A DNA stretch of 64,000 nucleotides from a virus. A program made the position numbers and the translations under genes. The stretch lies in IMG/VR virus record IMGVR_UViG_3300025299_000105. The stretch is one strand, 5' to 3'. Positions 55,682 through 63,629 of the stretch are shown here, in pieces. The notes under the pieces were generated by a model. That model ran no database searches, was not told the DNA's origin, and was given only the letters and a program-made list of their open reading frames with translations. Within the stretch, counting starts at the first letter, position 1, and each line of letters starts with the position of its first letter.

Positions 55682-56427
55682 TGCGGTTCTTCACAGGCCT
55701 GCACCAGCCGAGCGATGCGCGCCACTTCGATGGCGCCTTCGTGAGCGTCAACCGACTGCGCACGCGCAAGTCACCGATGCACGTCGGCGACTGGATCATG
55801 GACAGTGGCGCCTTCACAGAGATCTCGCGCCATGGCCGGTACCGTCACGATGTTTCGAGCTACGCCGCTGAGATCCGGCGCTGGGCGGCGAACGGCTCTG
55901 GCCGGCTGCTCGCAGCTGCCGCGCAGGACTACATGTGCGAGCCGTTCATCATCAAGATCACAGGGCTATCGGTAGCCGAGCACCAGCGCTTGACGATCGA
56001 ACGCTACGACGCGCTCCGCGCCGAAGACACCGGCGGCGTCTACATCCTGCCGGTGCTGCAAGGCTTCGAGCCGACGGACTACTTGCACCACCTGCGCGCC
56101 TATGGTTCCCGCCTCGCGCACGGTGCGTGGGTAGGTGTCGGCTCGGTGTGCAAGCGCAACGGGTCACCTGATCAGGTTGCCGCGGTGCTCATGGCGATCA
56201 AGGCCGAACGTCCCGATCTGCTGCTGCACGGCTTCGGGCTCAAGACCACCGCACTAGCGCACCCCTTCGTGCGCTCAATGCTGCACTCCGCCGACTCCAT
56301 GGCCTGGAGCTTCGCAGCACGCAAGCAGGGTCGGAATGCCAACGACTGGCGCGAGGCCGTGCGCTGGACTGACGCCATCGAAAGCCGCCCTGTGCAGCAC
56401 ATGCTCGACCTGGGAGCGGCACGATGA
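55681..56427 (+). CDS. Minimal TGT-fold (queuine tRNA-ribosyltransferase/DpdA-like) base-exchange enzyme
   Basis: MDSGAF, QDYMCEP, PVLQG, VGVGSVCKR, HGFGLK, SADSMAWS motifs. Confidence 0.8.
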   Translation: MRFFTGLHQPSDARHFDGAFVSVNRLRTRKSPMHVGDWIMDSGAFTEISRHGRYRHDVSSYAAEIRRWAANGSGRLLAAAAQDYMCEPFIIKITGLSVAEHQRLTIERYDALRAEDTGGVYILPVLQGFEPTDYLHHLRAYGSRLAHGAWVGVGSVCKRNGSPDQVAAVLMAIKAERPDLLLHGFGLKTTALAHPFVRSMLHSADSMAWSFAARKQGRNANDWREAVRWTDAIESRPVQHMLDLGAAR

Positions 56428-56435
56428 TGCGCCGC

Positions 56436-56675
56436 TCAATCCTCCAGGTCGAACTGCCCCTGCAGCGTGCGGATGATTTGCGCGATGTCGGCTCGGTGCG
56501 CGCCTCGGTCGGTGACGATGCGCACCGTCCAGTTCGGGCCGCTCTCCTCCGCCGGGATGCCGATGACACCACCTCGGTGAACGTCCGTCTGCTGCCCTCG
56601 AATGCCAGGCAGGTTTTCAATGCGCTGGATCAGCATCTGCTGCAGCTGCTGGGCGGTGCGGGTCGGCTTGGCCAT
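56436..56675 (-). CDS. Small accessory protein (antisense to the early operon)
   Basis: 79 aa, tandem with 56682-56900. Confidence 0.65.
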   Translation of the reverse strand: MAKPTRTAQQLQQMLIQRIENLPGIRGQQTDVHRGGVIGIPAEESGPNWTVRIVTDRGAHRADIAQIIRTLQGQFDLED

Positions 56676-56681
56676 CGCCGC

Positions 56682-56900
56682 TCAGTCCGGAAGCGTGCCG
56701 TACCAGATCTTCGTTCCGGCCTCGATCGCCTTCGGTACGTCCTGGTAGGTGTTGTCGTCGTCGGAGAGCGGCGGCAAGCCCTTTCGCTCGATCGCGGCGA
56801 TGGTGTAAGCGTCTTCGGCGTACTTCTTGAGCACCAGCACAGCGCGGCGGGCGCCCTTCTCCATCTCGATCCGCAGTTCCGTCGGTTCGGGCTTGTCCAT
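56682..56900 (-). CDS. Small accessory protein (antisense to the early operon)
   Basis: GGAGG SD, 72 aa. Confidence 0.65.
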   Translation of the reverse strand: MDKPEPTELRIEMEKGARRAVLVLKKYAEDAYTIAAIERKGLPPLSDDDNTYQDVPKAIEAGTKIWYGTLPD

Positions 56901-56929
56901 GTCTGCCTCCAGTAGTTAGGAGCCGCATT

Positions 56930-57799
56930 TTGACCTCTATCACCATCCAGCCCGTCGAGCCCTGCGGCGCCATCGGCAAGTGCATGGCCAGCCCCTCAAG
57001 CTACGCCTCCCACGTGGGTCGCTATCAGCAAGAGGATCCGCGCGCCGTGGCGGCGCACGCGCTGCGCCAGCTCGAAGAGGCCCGCGCCCGTGACGTAGCC
57101 ACGCACGAGAAGAACCTGCCGGCCATCGAGGCGAACAAGGCCGTGGCTGCGCGCGTCGAGGCACTCATGACCGAGATCGGCATGCCGAAGTCGTACAGCG
57201 AGCGCGACACGAAGTCCAGGGCCCGCTATCCCAAGACGATCACCCACGCTGCAGGCTACATCGGCGACCTGCGGCGGCACTGCCCGACGACAGACAGTTT
57301 TGAGCACGCCACCAGCGCCTACGAGCGCCTGAAGAAGGAATACGACGCCTACGCCGCACGCGCCGAAGAGGAAGCGAAGCAGGCGGATGCAAAGCGCGAG
57401 CGCGAGGCCGCAGCGCTGGTGGAGAAGCGCAAGGCCGACATGGAACTGGCCGCGATGCTGCTGCGCTACCAGCTGCCGCTCGAGTCGACCTGGTCGGACG
57501 TGCTCGACGCTCTGCGCGCCAAGGATCAGCGCCTCAATCTCGCCGCAGCCATGCAGCTCACGCGCGGCGACTGGAGCGAGGGCCCGTACCGCGTGCGCAA
57601 TGCCCTCGACGCCTTCCAGATCGAGACCACCGAGGACAAGGACATCGCGAACGACGTGCTGTCGTGCCTCGATGGCTTCGAAGACGGCCGCGTGTTCCGG
57701 GATACCTCGTGGAGCTACGGCCGCCTGTTCGCCGAAGCCTCCGACCAACAACTCTCGGGCGACGTGCAGAAGGCGCTGCAGCACGCAGGAAACGAATGA
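56930..57799 (+). CDS. Phage hypothetical coiled-coil protein
   Basis: About 289 aa, helical; start uncertain. Confidence 0.7.
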   Translation: MTSITIQPVEPCGAIGKCMASPSSYASHVGRYQQEDPRAVAAHALRQLEEARARDVATHEKNLPAIEANKAVAARVEALMTEIGMPKSYSERDTKSRARYPKTITHAAGYIGDLRRHCPTTDSFEHATSAYERLKKEYDAYAARAEEEAKQADAKREREAAALVEKRKADMELAAMLLRYQLPLESTWSDVLDALRAKDQRLNLAAAMQLTRGDWSEGPYRVRNALDAFQIETTEDKDIANDVLSCLDGFEDGRVFRDTSWSYGRLFAEASDQQLSGDVQKALQHAGNE

Positions 57800-58002
57800 T
57801 GCACACCGACTTCCTCGACACCTCTCCCGACCGAGTGCGCGCCAAAGAGATCCAGGCCGTGCAGATGCACGCCCAGCAGCTGATCGACGTTGCCCGCGCG
57901 CGCGGCCTCGTGGTCACGATCTCGCTGGTCCCACGCATGCCGCCGGCGATGGGCTCCTACGAGATGGTGTTCGACATCCGGGAGGCCCGCCATGGCAGCT
58001 GA
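57796..58002 (+). CDS. Hypothetical protein
   Basis: VVTISLVPRMPPAMGSYEM; coupled. Confidence 0.65.
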   Translation: MMHTDFLDTSPDRVRAKEIQAVQMHAQQLIDVARARGLVVTISLVPRMPPAMGSYEMVFDIREARHGS

Positions 58003-59029
58003 CACCAAGATCGAGTGGACCGACGCCACCTGGAACCCGGTGACCGGCTGCAGCGTGCAAAGCCCGGGCTGCAAGAACTGCTACGCGATGAAGCTCGCCG
58101 GCACGCGCCTGCGTCACCACCCCAGCCGCGCCGGCCTGACGCAGGTGAGCGCCGCGGGCCCGGTGTGGACCGGCGAGACCCGTTTTAACGCCGAGTGGCT
58201 GGAACAGCCGCTGCAGTGGACTCGTGCAAGGATGATCTTCGTCTGCGCGCACGGCGATCTCTTCCACCCTTCGGTACCGGATGAATGGATCGACCAGGTC
58301 TTCGCCGTCATGGCGCTGACCGGGCGCCACACCTTCCAGGTGCTGACGAAACAGGCGAAACGCGCGGCAGAGTACTTCGCGCATCCAGTGCGCGAGGCCT
58401 TGATCGGGCAGCAGGTCGGACAGATCAATCTGCGACGGACCGGCAACCCCGTTGCAGCGTGGTCAGGCCTGCCGCTTCCGAACGTCTGGATCGGAGCGAG
58501 CGCCGAAGATCAGCGCCGGCTCGACGAGCGGCTTCCCCACCTCGTCGGCATCCCGGCCGCGGTGCGCTACCTCAGTCTGGAGCCTCTGCTGGGGGCGGTA
58601 GAGATCGATCGCCGGCTCATCGCGCCGATCGAAGGAACGTCGCAGCACGGCCAGCACTTCATCGACTGGGTGATCGTCGGCGGTGAGAGCGGCCACGGCG
58701 CGCGGCCAATGCATCCCGGCTGGGCGCGCAGTCTTCGAGATCAGTGCGTGGCCGCCGGCGTTGCCTTCTTCTTCAAGCAATGGGGGGAGTGGCGACCGAT
58801 GCAGTCCGAAGAAATCCCGCACGGTGGCGGCAGCTTTGAGTTGGTCAGCGCCGACGAGCGCAGGCCGATCGCCAGCGGCTGCTTCCAGCCAGCACACGCA
58901 ATCGAGTCAATGCTCAACGATCCTGCGTTCTCTTGGCAATGCCCGGTTGTGAAGGTCGGCAAGAAGGCCGCCGGCCGCCGTCTGGACGGCCGCACCTGGG
59001 ACCAGTTCCCCGAGGAGGGCCGGCCGTGA
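57992..59029 (+). CDS. DUF5131 (phage Gp37/Gp68, radical-SAM-like) protein
   Basis: TKIEWTDATWNPVTGC...GCKNCYA, HTFQVLTK, SLEPLLG, WVIVGGESG, FFFKQWG. Confidence 0.9.
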   Translation: MAADTKIEWTDATWNPVTGCSVQSPGCKNCYAMKLAGTRLRHHPSRAGLTQVSAAGPVWTGETRFNAEWLEQPLQWTRARMIFVCAHGDLFHPSVPDEWIDQVFAVMALTGRHTFQVLTKQAKRAAEYFAHPVREALIGQQVGQINLRRTGNPVAAWSGLPLPNVWIGASAEDQRRLDERLPHLVGIPAAVRYLSLEPLLGAVEIDRRLIAPIEGTSQHGQHFIDWVIVGGESGHGARPMHPGWARSLRDQCVAAGVAFFFKQWGEWRPMQSEEIPHGGGSFELVSADERRPIASGCFQPAHAIESMLNDPAFSWQCPVVKVGKKAAGRRLDGRTWDQFPEEGRP

Positions 59030-59406
59030 GAAACATGAGCTTCGCCCTCACTACAGCCCAGATACTTGACGGCACCAAGGACGTGACTCGCCGGCTCGGC
59101 TGGGTGTTCCTGAAGCCCGGCGATCTCATCCGCCCCGTGCGGAAATGCATGGGCCTGCGCCCCGGCGAGAAGTTGGATGTGCTGCGCGACCCGCTCCGCA
59201 TCGTCGACGTGCGCCGAGAGCCGCTACAGATGATGACGGACGACATCGAGTACGGCTTCGAAGAGGTCCGCCGCGAAGGCTTCGCCGGCCACCCGGAGTA
59301 TCACTGGCCCAGCACCTGGGTTGCGATGTTCTGCGCCACGCACAAGGGCTGCACGCCGGCGACCGTCATCACGCGGATCGAGTTCGCGTACGGAGCCGAG
59401 GAATGA
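59026..59406 (+). CDS. ASCH-domain-like protein
   Basis: MSFALTTAQILDGTKDVTRR...EEVRREGF...VITRIEF. Confidence 0.75.
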   Translation: MRNMSFALTTAQILDGTKDVTRRLGWVFLKPGDLIRPVRKCMGLRPGEKLDVLRDPLRIVDVRREPLQMMTDDIEYGFEEVRREGFAGHPEYHWPSTWVAMFCATHKGCTPATVITRIEFAYGAEE

Positions 59407-59627
59407 CCCGCCCCGGCTTCGGCGCCTTCTCCAGCGCGGTCGCGCAGACCAAGGCCGCCATCTTCCGCCAGCACTTCGACCCGAACACCCTTCGTCCCGC
59501 TGCGACGGTGAAGGCATCCATGCGGTGCATTCGCTGCGGCGGGCTCCTCACCTACACCGCCAGCGCGATCGACGGACGGATGACCGGCCGGTGCTCGACG
59601 GTGGACTGCTTGACCTGGAGAGACTGA
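59403..59627 (+). CDS. Zinc-ribbon protein
   Basis: CIRCGG...GRCSTVDCLTW. Confidence 0.65.
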   Translation: MTRPGFGAFSSAVAQTKAAIFRQHFDPNTLRPAATVKASMRCIRCGGLLTYTASAIDGRMTGRCSTVDCLTWRD

Positions 59628-59629
59628 CC

Positions 59630-60871
59630 ATGAGCACCACTTCACCCGAGACCAACTCACGCGACGAGGATGCCTTCGAAATCAGCGCTGTGATTGCCTG
59701 CCTCGAAGACGACGCGGCCGCACTGCGCGAGGACAACGCCGAAAGCGAAGTCGCCGCGAACATGGAGCGTGCCGCCCAGCTGTTGCAGGGCCTGCCGCTC
59801 GCGGCCGAGGCGCCGGATGTACCGAGCTGGAAGTACCTGCTCGGTCACCGTCATGCCCTGCTGTGGGCCTCCCAGGTTGCGGCGGCGGACGACCCGCGCA
59901 CCGGCGACTGGATGTACGACGACCGGCAGGATCTGGCCAACGCCATCCAGCGCGGCCCGGAAGTTCCGGCAGAGTGGCATGCCGCGCTGACGCCGTTCCA
60001 GGCGCGCGTGAAGCCGTGGCTGCTGGAGTGCTTCGGCGAGGCCATCGCCGGCGACCGCGAGGAGCGCAACCACCGCTTCCTCGAAGAGGCGCTGGAGCTG
60101 GTCCAGGCCTGCGGCTGCACCGCGAGCGAAGCGCATCAGCTGGTGGACTACACCTTCGGCCGCCCGGCCGGCGAGAAGGGCCAGGAGGTTGGCGGCGTCA
60201 TGGTCACGCTGGCCGCACTGTGCCTGGCCCAGGACCTCGACATGCACGCCGAGGGCGAAACCGAGCTGGCGCGCATCAGCGTGCCCGAGCTCGTGGCCCG
60301 GATCCGCGCCAAGCAGGCAGCGAAGCCGAAGCACTCGCCGCTTCCAGCGGCGCCAGCTACGAGCACGATCCCTCTGGAGGCCGGCATTGCATGGCAGGCG
60401 GGCGCATTCGACACCGAGCGCAAAGCTGTGACGGTCGAGGGCCGGACGTGGTATCGAGACGATCACCCGAAAGTCACCGTCAGCACGCCCGAGTCTGTGC
60501 GCGGGACTGGGGACATGCAACCCACCTACACGACACAGGCAGGTGAGAGCCTCATGGGCATCGCTTTCCGAGAGCTCGGGAGCGAGCACCGCTGGAAAGA
60601 GATTCGCAACATGAACGCCAGCCTGTTCGGCATGCTGGCTCCGCACGAGTATTACCCGGTGGGGTCCGTTCTGCGGATGCCTGCCGACTATCACAAGGGA
60701 CATGCCGTTCCCATCTCGAACTCGAAAACGACGGAGTGCACCTGCTGCGGGTGCAGCGGCTGCAAGTTCTGCCTCGGCGCTCGCAAGCCGTGCCCAAAAC
60801 ACTCGCCGGCAGCTGCCGCGCCCGAACCCGAAGACGCGCCGCTCGAGACGGGCGAAGGAGACGCACGATGA
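59630..60871 (+). CDS. Multidomain protein: MazG-like all-alpha NTP pyrophosphatase plus LysM-like domain
   Basis: RFLEEALELVQA...QEVGGVMVTLAAL; YTTQAGESLMGIAFRELG..HRWKEI..MN...YPVGSVLRMP; final CTCCGCSGCKFC. Confidence 0.7.
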   Translation: MSTTSPETNSRDEDAFEISAVIACLEDDAAALREDNAESEVAANMERAAQLLQGLPLAAEAPDVPSWKYLLGHRHALLWASQVAAADDPRTGDWMYDDRQDLANAIQRGPEVPAEWHAALTPFQARVKPWLLECFGEAIAGDREERNHRFLEEALELVQACGCTASEAHQLVDYTFGRPAGEKGQEVGGVMVTLAALCLAQDLDMHAEGETELARISVPELVARIRAKQAAKPKHSPLPAAPATSTIPLEAGIAWQAGAFDTERKAVTVEGRTWYRDDHPKVTVSTPESVRGTGDMQPTYTTQAGESLMGIAFRELGSEHRWKEIRNMNASLFGMLAPHEYYPVGSVLRMPADYHKGHAVPISNSKTTECTCCGCSGCKFCLGARKPCPKHSPAAAAPEPEDAPLETGEGDAR

Positions 60872-61365
60872 ACCCCGGCACCTGCATTCACTACAACGGC
60901 TTCATAGGTCGCTTCGGCGAGCCGGAACCGCGGCGCTGCGACGCTGGCGTCTGCTACTCCGAAGCGTTCGGCAGCGAGCCCGGCTTGATGACGCGCGCGC
61001 CTTGCATCGCCTATCTGGTGCAGACCGCGAACGGTAGCACCTTAGGCAAGCCGGGCGACACGCTGTTTCAGCGCCCGTCGCGACTGCCGCGCGCCCCGCA
61101 GCCGATCCCCTGTGGTCGCCGTGTCGAGCCGACCGACGAGCAGGTGCGCGAACACCAGGAAGAGTCGGAGGCCTACTTCCAGAAGACAGTCGCGGCACTG
61201 GAGGTGGCCGCCGCCTGGCGGGTGAAGCCTAAGCCCAAACAGGCCCGCAACGAGGTGGTCGAATGCCCCGTCTGCAAGGGGCGGCTGCACCTTTCGCAGT
61301 CGGCCTACAACGGCCACGTGCACGGCAAGTGCGAGACACCGAAGTGCGTGGAGTGGATGGAATGA
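60868..61365 (+). CDS. Cys-rich zinc-ribbon protein
   Basis: C-terminal CPVCKG...GKCETPKCVEW. Confidence 0.7.
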   Translation: MNPGTCIHYNGFIGRFGEPEPRRCDAGVCYSEAFGSEPGLMTRAPCIAYLVQTANGSTLGKPGDTLFQRPSRLPRAPQPIPCGRRVEPTDEQVREHQEESEAYFQKTVAALEVAAAWRVKPKPKQARNEVVECPVCKGRLHLSQSAYNGHVHGKCETPKCVEWME

Positions 61366-62021
61366 CCATCACGGCCTTTCCCCTCGCTTGGCCGTCCGGA
61401 TGGAAGCGCACCGCCGCTGATGCGCGCACCTTAGGCCGCTTCGGCACCACCAAGCAATCCAAGGTCGGCAGCTGGCGCTCGGTGCAGGACATCTCCATCG
61501 CCGAGGCCACGCAGCGTCTTCGCGAAGTGCTCAGCCGCCTCGGTGTCCGCAGCGATGACCTGGTGCTGAGCACGAACCTGAAGCTGCGGCTGGACGGGCG
61601 GCCGCGCAGCGATCAGGCCCAGCCGGCCGACCCCGGCGCCGCCGTCTACTGGACGGACCGCCACAGCCGCGGGGCACCGCGCTGCATGGCCATCGACCGC
61701 TACACGAAGGTCGAGCAGAACATCGCAGCGCTGGCCGCCACCATCGAGGCCATGCGCGCGATCGAGCGCCACGGCGGCGCCGTCGTGCTGGAGCGGGCCT
61801 TCACCGGCTTCGCTGCCCTGCCCGCACCCATCGTGGCCGGCATGAAGCGCGACTGGTGGCTGGTGCTCCAGCTGGACACGCGCTCCCCGACGGCGGATGA
61901 GATCAATGCTGCATACCGCCGGCTGGCCAGCATGTTCCACCCCGACCGTGCCGGCGGCGATGCAGTGCGCATGGCCGAGCTCAACCAGGCGCGGGATGAG
62001 GCATTGAAGGAGGTCTCATGA
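61362..62021 (+). CDS. Phage J-domain protein
   Basis: C-terminal AYRRLASMFHPDRAGG...ELNQARDEA with HPD motif. Confidence 0.88.
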   Translation: MTITAFPLAWPSGWKRTAADARTLGRFGTTKQSKVGSWRSVQDISIAEATQRLREVLSRLGVRSDDLVLSTNLKLRLDGRPRSDQAQPADPGAAVYWTDRHSRGAPRCMAIDRYTKVEQNIAALAATIEAMRAIERHGGAVVLERAFTGFAALPAPIVAGMKRDWWLVLQLDTRSPTADEINAAYRRLASMFHPDRAGGDAVRMAELNQARDEALKEVS

Positions 62022-62302
62022 GTAGCCTGCCCTTCCTCTCCCAGGCCGAGATCGACGAGATCTGCGAGCCGTTGACGCAGCCGCGCGCGCAGTGCCGCTA
62101 TCTCTCCAAGGTGCTGAAGCTGCAGGTGCACGAGAAACCCAACGGGCGGCCGCTGGTCGCCCGCAGTGAGTTCGAGCGCGTGCTCGGCGCAGAGCGGTTC
62201 GGCACCGCGCCCAGCACGCCGCAGAACACCCCCAACGTCGTCGGGCTGCTGGCCCACATGCAAAAACGAAAGAACCATGGGACGAAAACGCAAGGACGGT
62301 GA
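62018..62302 (+). CDS. Excisionase-like protein (DUF4224-like)
   Basis: FLSQAEIDEIC...Q.RAQCRYL...NGRPLV.R, directly upstream of the integrase. Confidence 0.75.
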   Translation: MSSLPFLSQAEIDEICEPLTQPRAQCRYLSKVLKLQVHEKPNGRPLVARSEFERVLGAERFGTAPSTPQNTPNVVGLLAHMQKRKNHGTKTQGR

Positions 62303-63353
62303 CCCGATGGGTCTGGCCGGTACCAGGCTCAGCTTCAAGAACAACGCCTTCTACTACCGCCACCGAGATGGCCGCTGGGAGCGCGTCGGCACCGACATCA
62401 AGGCGGCCAAGGCGCGGGCAGCGCTGTACAACGACCCATCGGGCGTCTACGGGACAACCGGCTATTGGCTGGACATGTTCCTGGTGGACTGCGAGGCCCG
62501 GGTCAAGGCCAAGACGCTGGCGGCTCGCACCCTCGCCGACTACCGGCACAACGTGGTGCCGCTGAAGATCTTCTTCGGCGCGATGCTGCCGGAGACGATC
62601 ACGCCGAACCTCGTGCAGAACTACCTGAAGATGCAGGCCGACCTCGGCCGGCCAGTGCGCGGCAACCGCGAAAAGGCGTGTCTCAGCAGCATGATGAGCT
62701 GGCTGCTTCGGACGCAGCAGACCGCGCTGCAGATCAACCCCTGCATGCAGAAGTCCGGCACCGTGAGCAACCCGGAGTCGAAGCGGGAGCGCTACGTCAC
62801 GCACGAGGAATATCGGATCGTCCACGAGGGATCGGGCCCGCAGATCCGGCTTCTGATGGACCTCACCTACCGCACGTTGCAGCGCCCCGAGAGCGACATC
62901 CTGAAATGGACGCCGGCGAACATCACCCGAGACGAGAACGGCATGCGAGTCGTGAAACACACCCAGCACAAGACCCATGTCGCGCTCAAGATCGCCCTGA
63001 CTCCCGACCTGGCACGGCTGATCGACCGCGCGATCGGCGAGGTGCCGATCCTGCACCAGCCCATCGTGCACAACCGCAAGGGGAAGGCCTACACCTATTC
63101 CGGCATCCACTCAATGCTGACCGCCCAGATCCGGCGCATCAACGTCAAGCGGGAAAAGAAGGGTCTGCCGCCCATCGAGAGCTTCGGATTCCGGGACTTG
63201 AAGGGCAAGGGCGCCACGGACATGTGGCGGGCCGGCGTTCCCATCGAGCAGATCCAGCTGCTGTGCGGCCATGCCGACAAGGCAACCACGGAGAAATACA
63301 TCAAGGCCCGGTGGTCCGAAACGGCCTCGCCAAACCAGGTCGCCATGGTGTAG
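62277..63353 (+). CDS. int: Tyrosine recombinase (phage integrase)
   Basis: TLQRPESDIL, FRDLKGKGAT, LCGH, TEKYI; next to att. Confidence 0.9.
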   Translation: MGRKRKDGDPMGLAGTRLSFKNNAFYYRHRDGRWERVGTDIKAAKARAALYNDPSGVYGTTGYWLDMFLVDCEARVKAKTLAARTLADYRHNVVPLKIFFGAMLPETITPNLVQNYLKMQADLGRPVRGNREKACLSSMMSWLLRTQQTALQINPCMQKSGTVSNPESKRERYVTHEEYRIVHEGSGPQIRLLMDLTYRTLQRPESDILKWTPANITRDENGMRVVKHTQHKTHVALKIALTPDLARLIDRAIGEVPILHQPIVHNRKGKAYTYSGIHSMLTAQIRRINVKREKKGLPPIESFGFRDLKGKGATDMWRAGVPIEQIQLLCGHADKATTEKYIKARWSETASPNQVAMV

Positions 63354-63354
63354 A

Positions 63355-63374
63355 TACTGTTCTCATATCCAGTA
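63355..63374. promoter_or_regulatory. LexA (SOS) box between integrase and att
   Basis: TACTGTTCTCATATCCAGTA fits TACTG-N10-CAGTA. Confidence 0.7.
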
Positions 63375-63487
63375 CTTTTTCGAAAACGCTCCGAGGGAGA
63401 ACATCCTTGGAGAGAACAGCGAATTTGAGAGGCCACTGGGGAAAAATCCAGCACTGGCGCGGCCTGGCGCCGCGTTGTAGGGTCGGC

Positions 63488-63532
63488 CTCTTAATCCGTA
63501 GGTCGAGTGTTCGAGTCACTCAGGGCCCACCA
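63488..63532 (+). other. att core: 3' half of tRNA-Lys(CTT)
   Basis: CTCTTAA anticodon loop, T-arm GAGTG-TTCGAGT-CACTC, AGGGCCC-A-CCA; the upstream sequence has no D-arm or matching 5' acceptor strand. Confidence 0.85.
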
Positions 63533-63540
63533 CAAACACC

Positions 63541-63568
63541 AAAATAGCGCGGTCTCCGCGCTATTTTT
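63541..63568 (+). terminator. Host tRNA terminator (bidirectional-type hairpin)
   Basis: AAAATAGCGCGG-TCT-CCGCGCTATTTT, 12-bp stem. Confidence 0.85.
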
Positions 63569-63573
63569 TCGTC

Positions 63574-63609
63574 AAAGCCTCCTCAAGACCTTCCCTGAGG
63601 AGGCTTTTT
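63574..63609. terminator. Second hairpin terminator
   Basis: AAAGCCTCCTCA-10 nt-TGAGGAGGCTTT. Confidence 0.75.
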
Positions 63610-63629
63610 CTTTGCTGGCTCGCGCCCGG

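Larger units (their letters stand above)
1..63532. mobile_element. Temperate prophage (podovirus-type morphogenesis, lambdoid-style cI/cro switch), left end beyond the window
   Basis: Contiguous terminase, portal, capsid, lysis, replication, repressor and integrase genes, ending in a tRNA 3'-half att site. Confidence 0.95.

Noticed and set aside
63457-63532. Complete tRNA-Lys gene
   Set aside because: Only the anticodon loop to CCA is tRNA-like; there is no D-arm and no 5' strand pairing with AGGGCCC. Treated as the att duplication.
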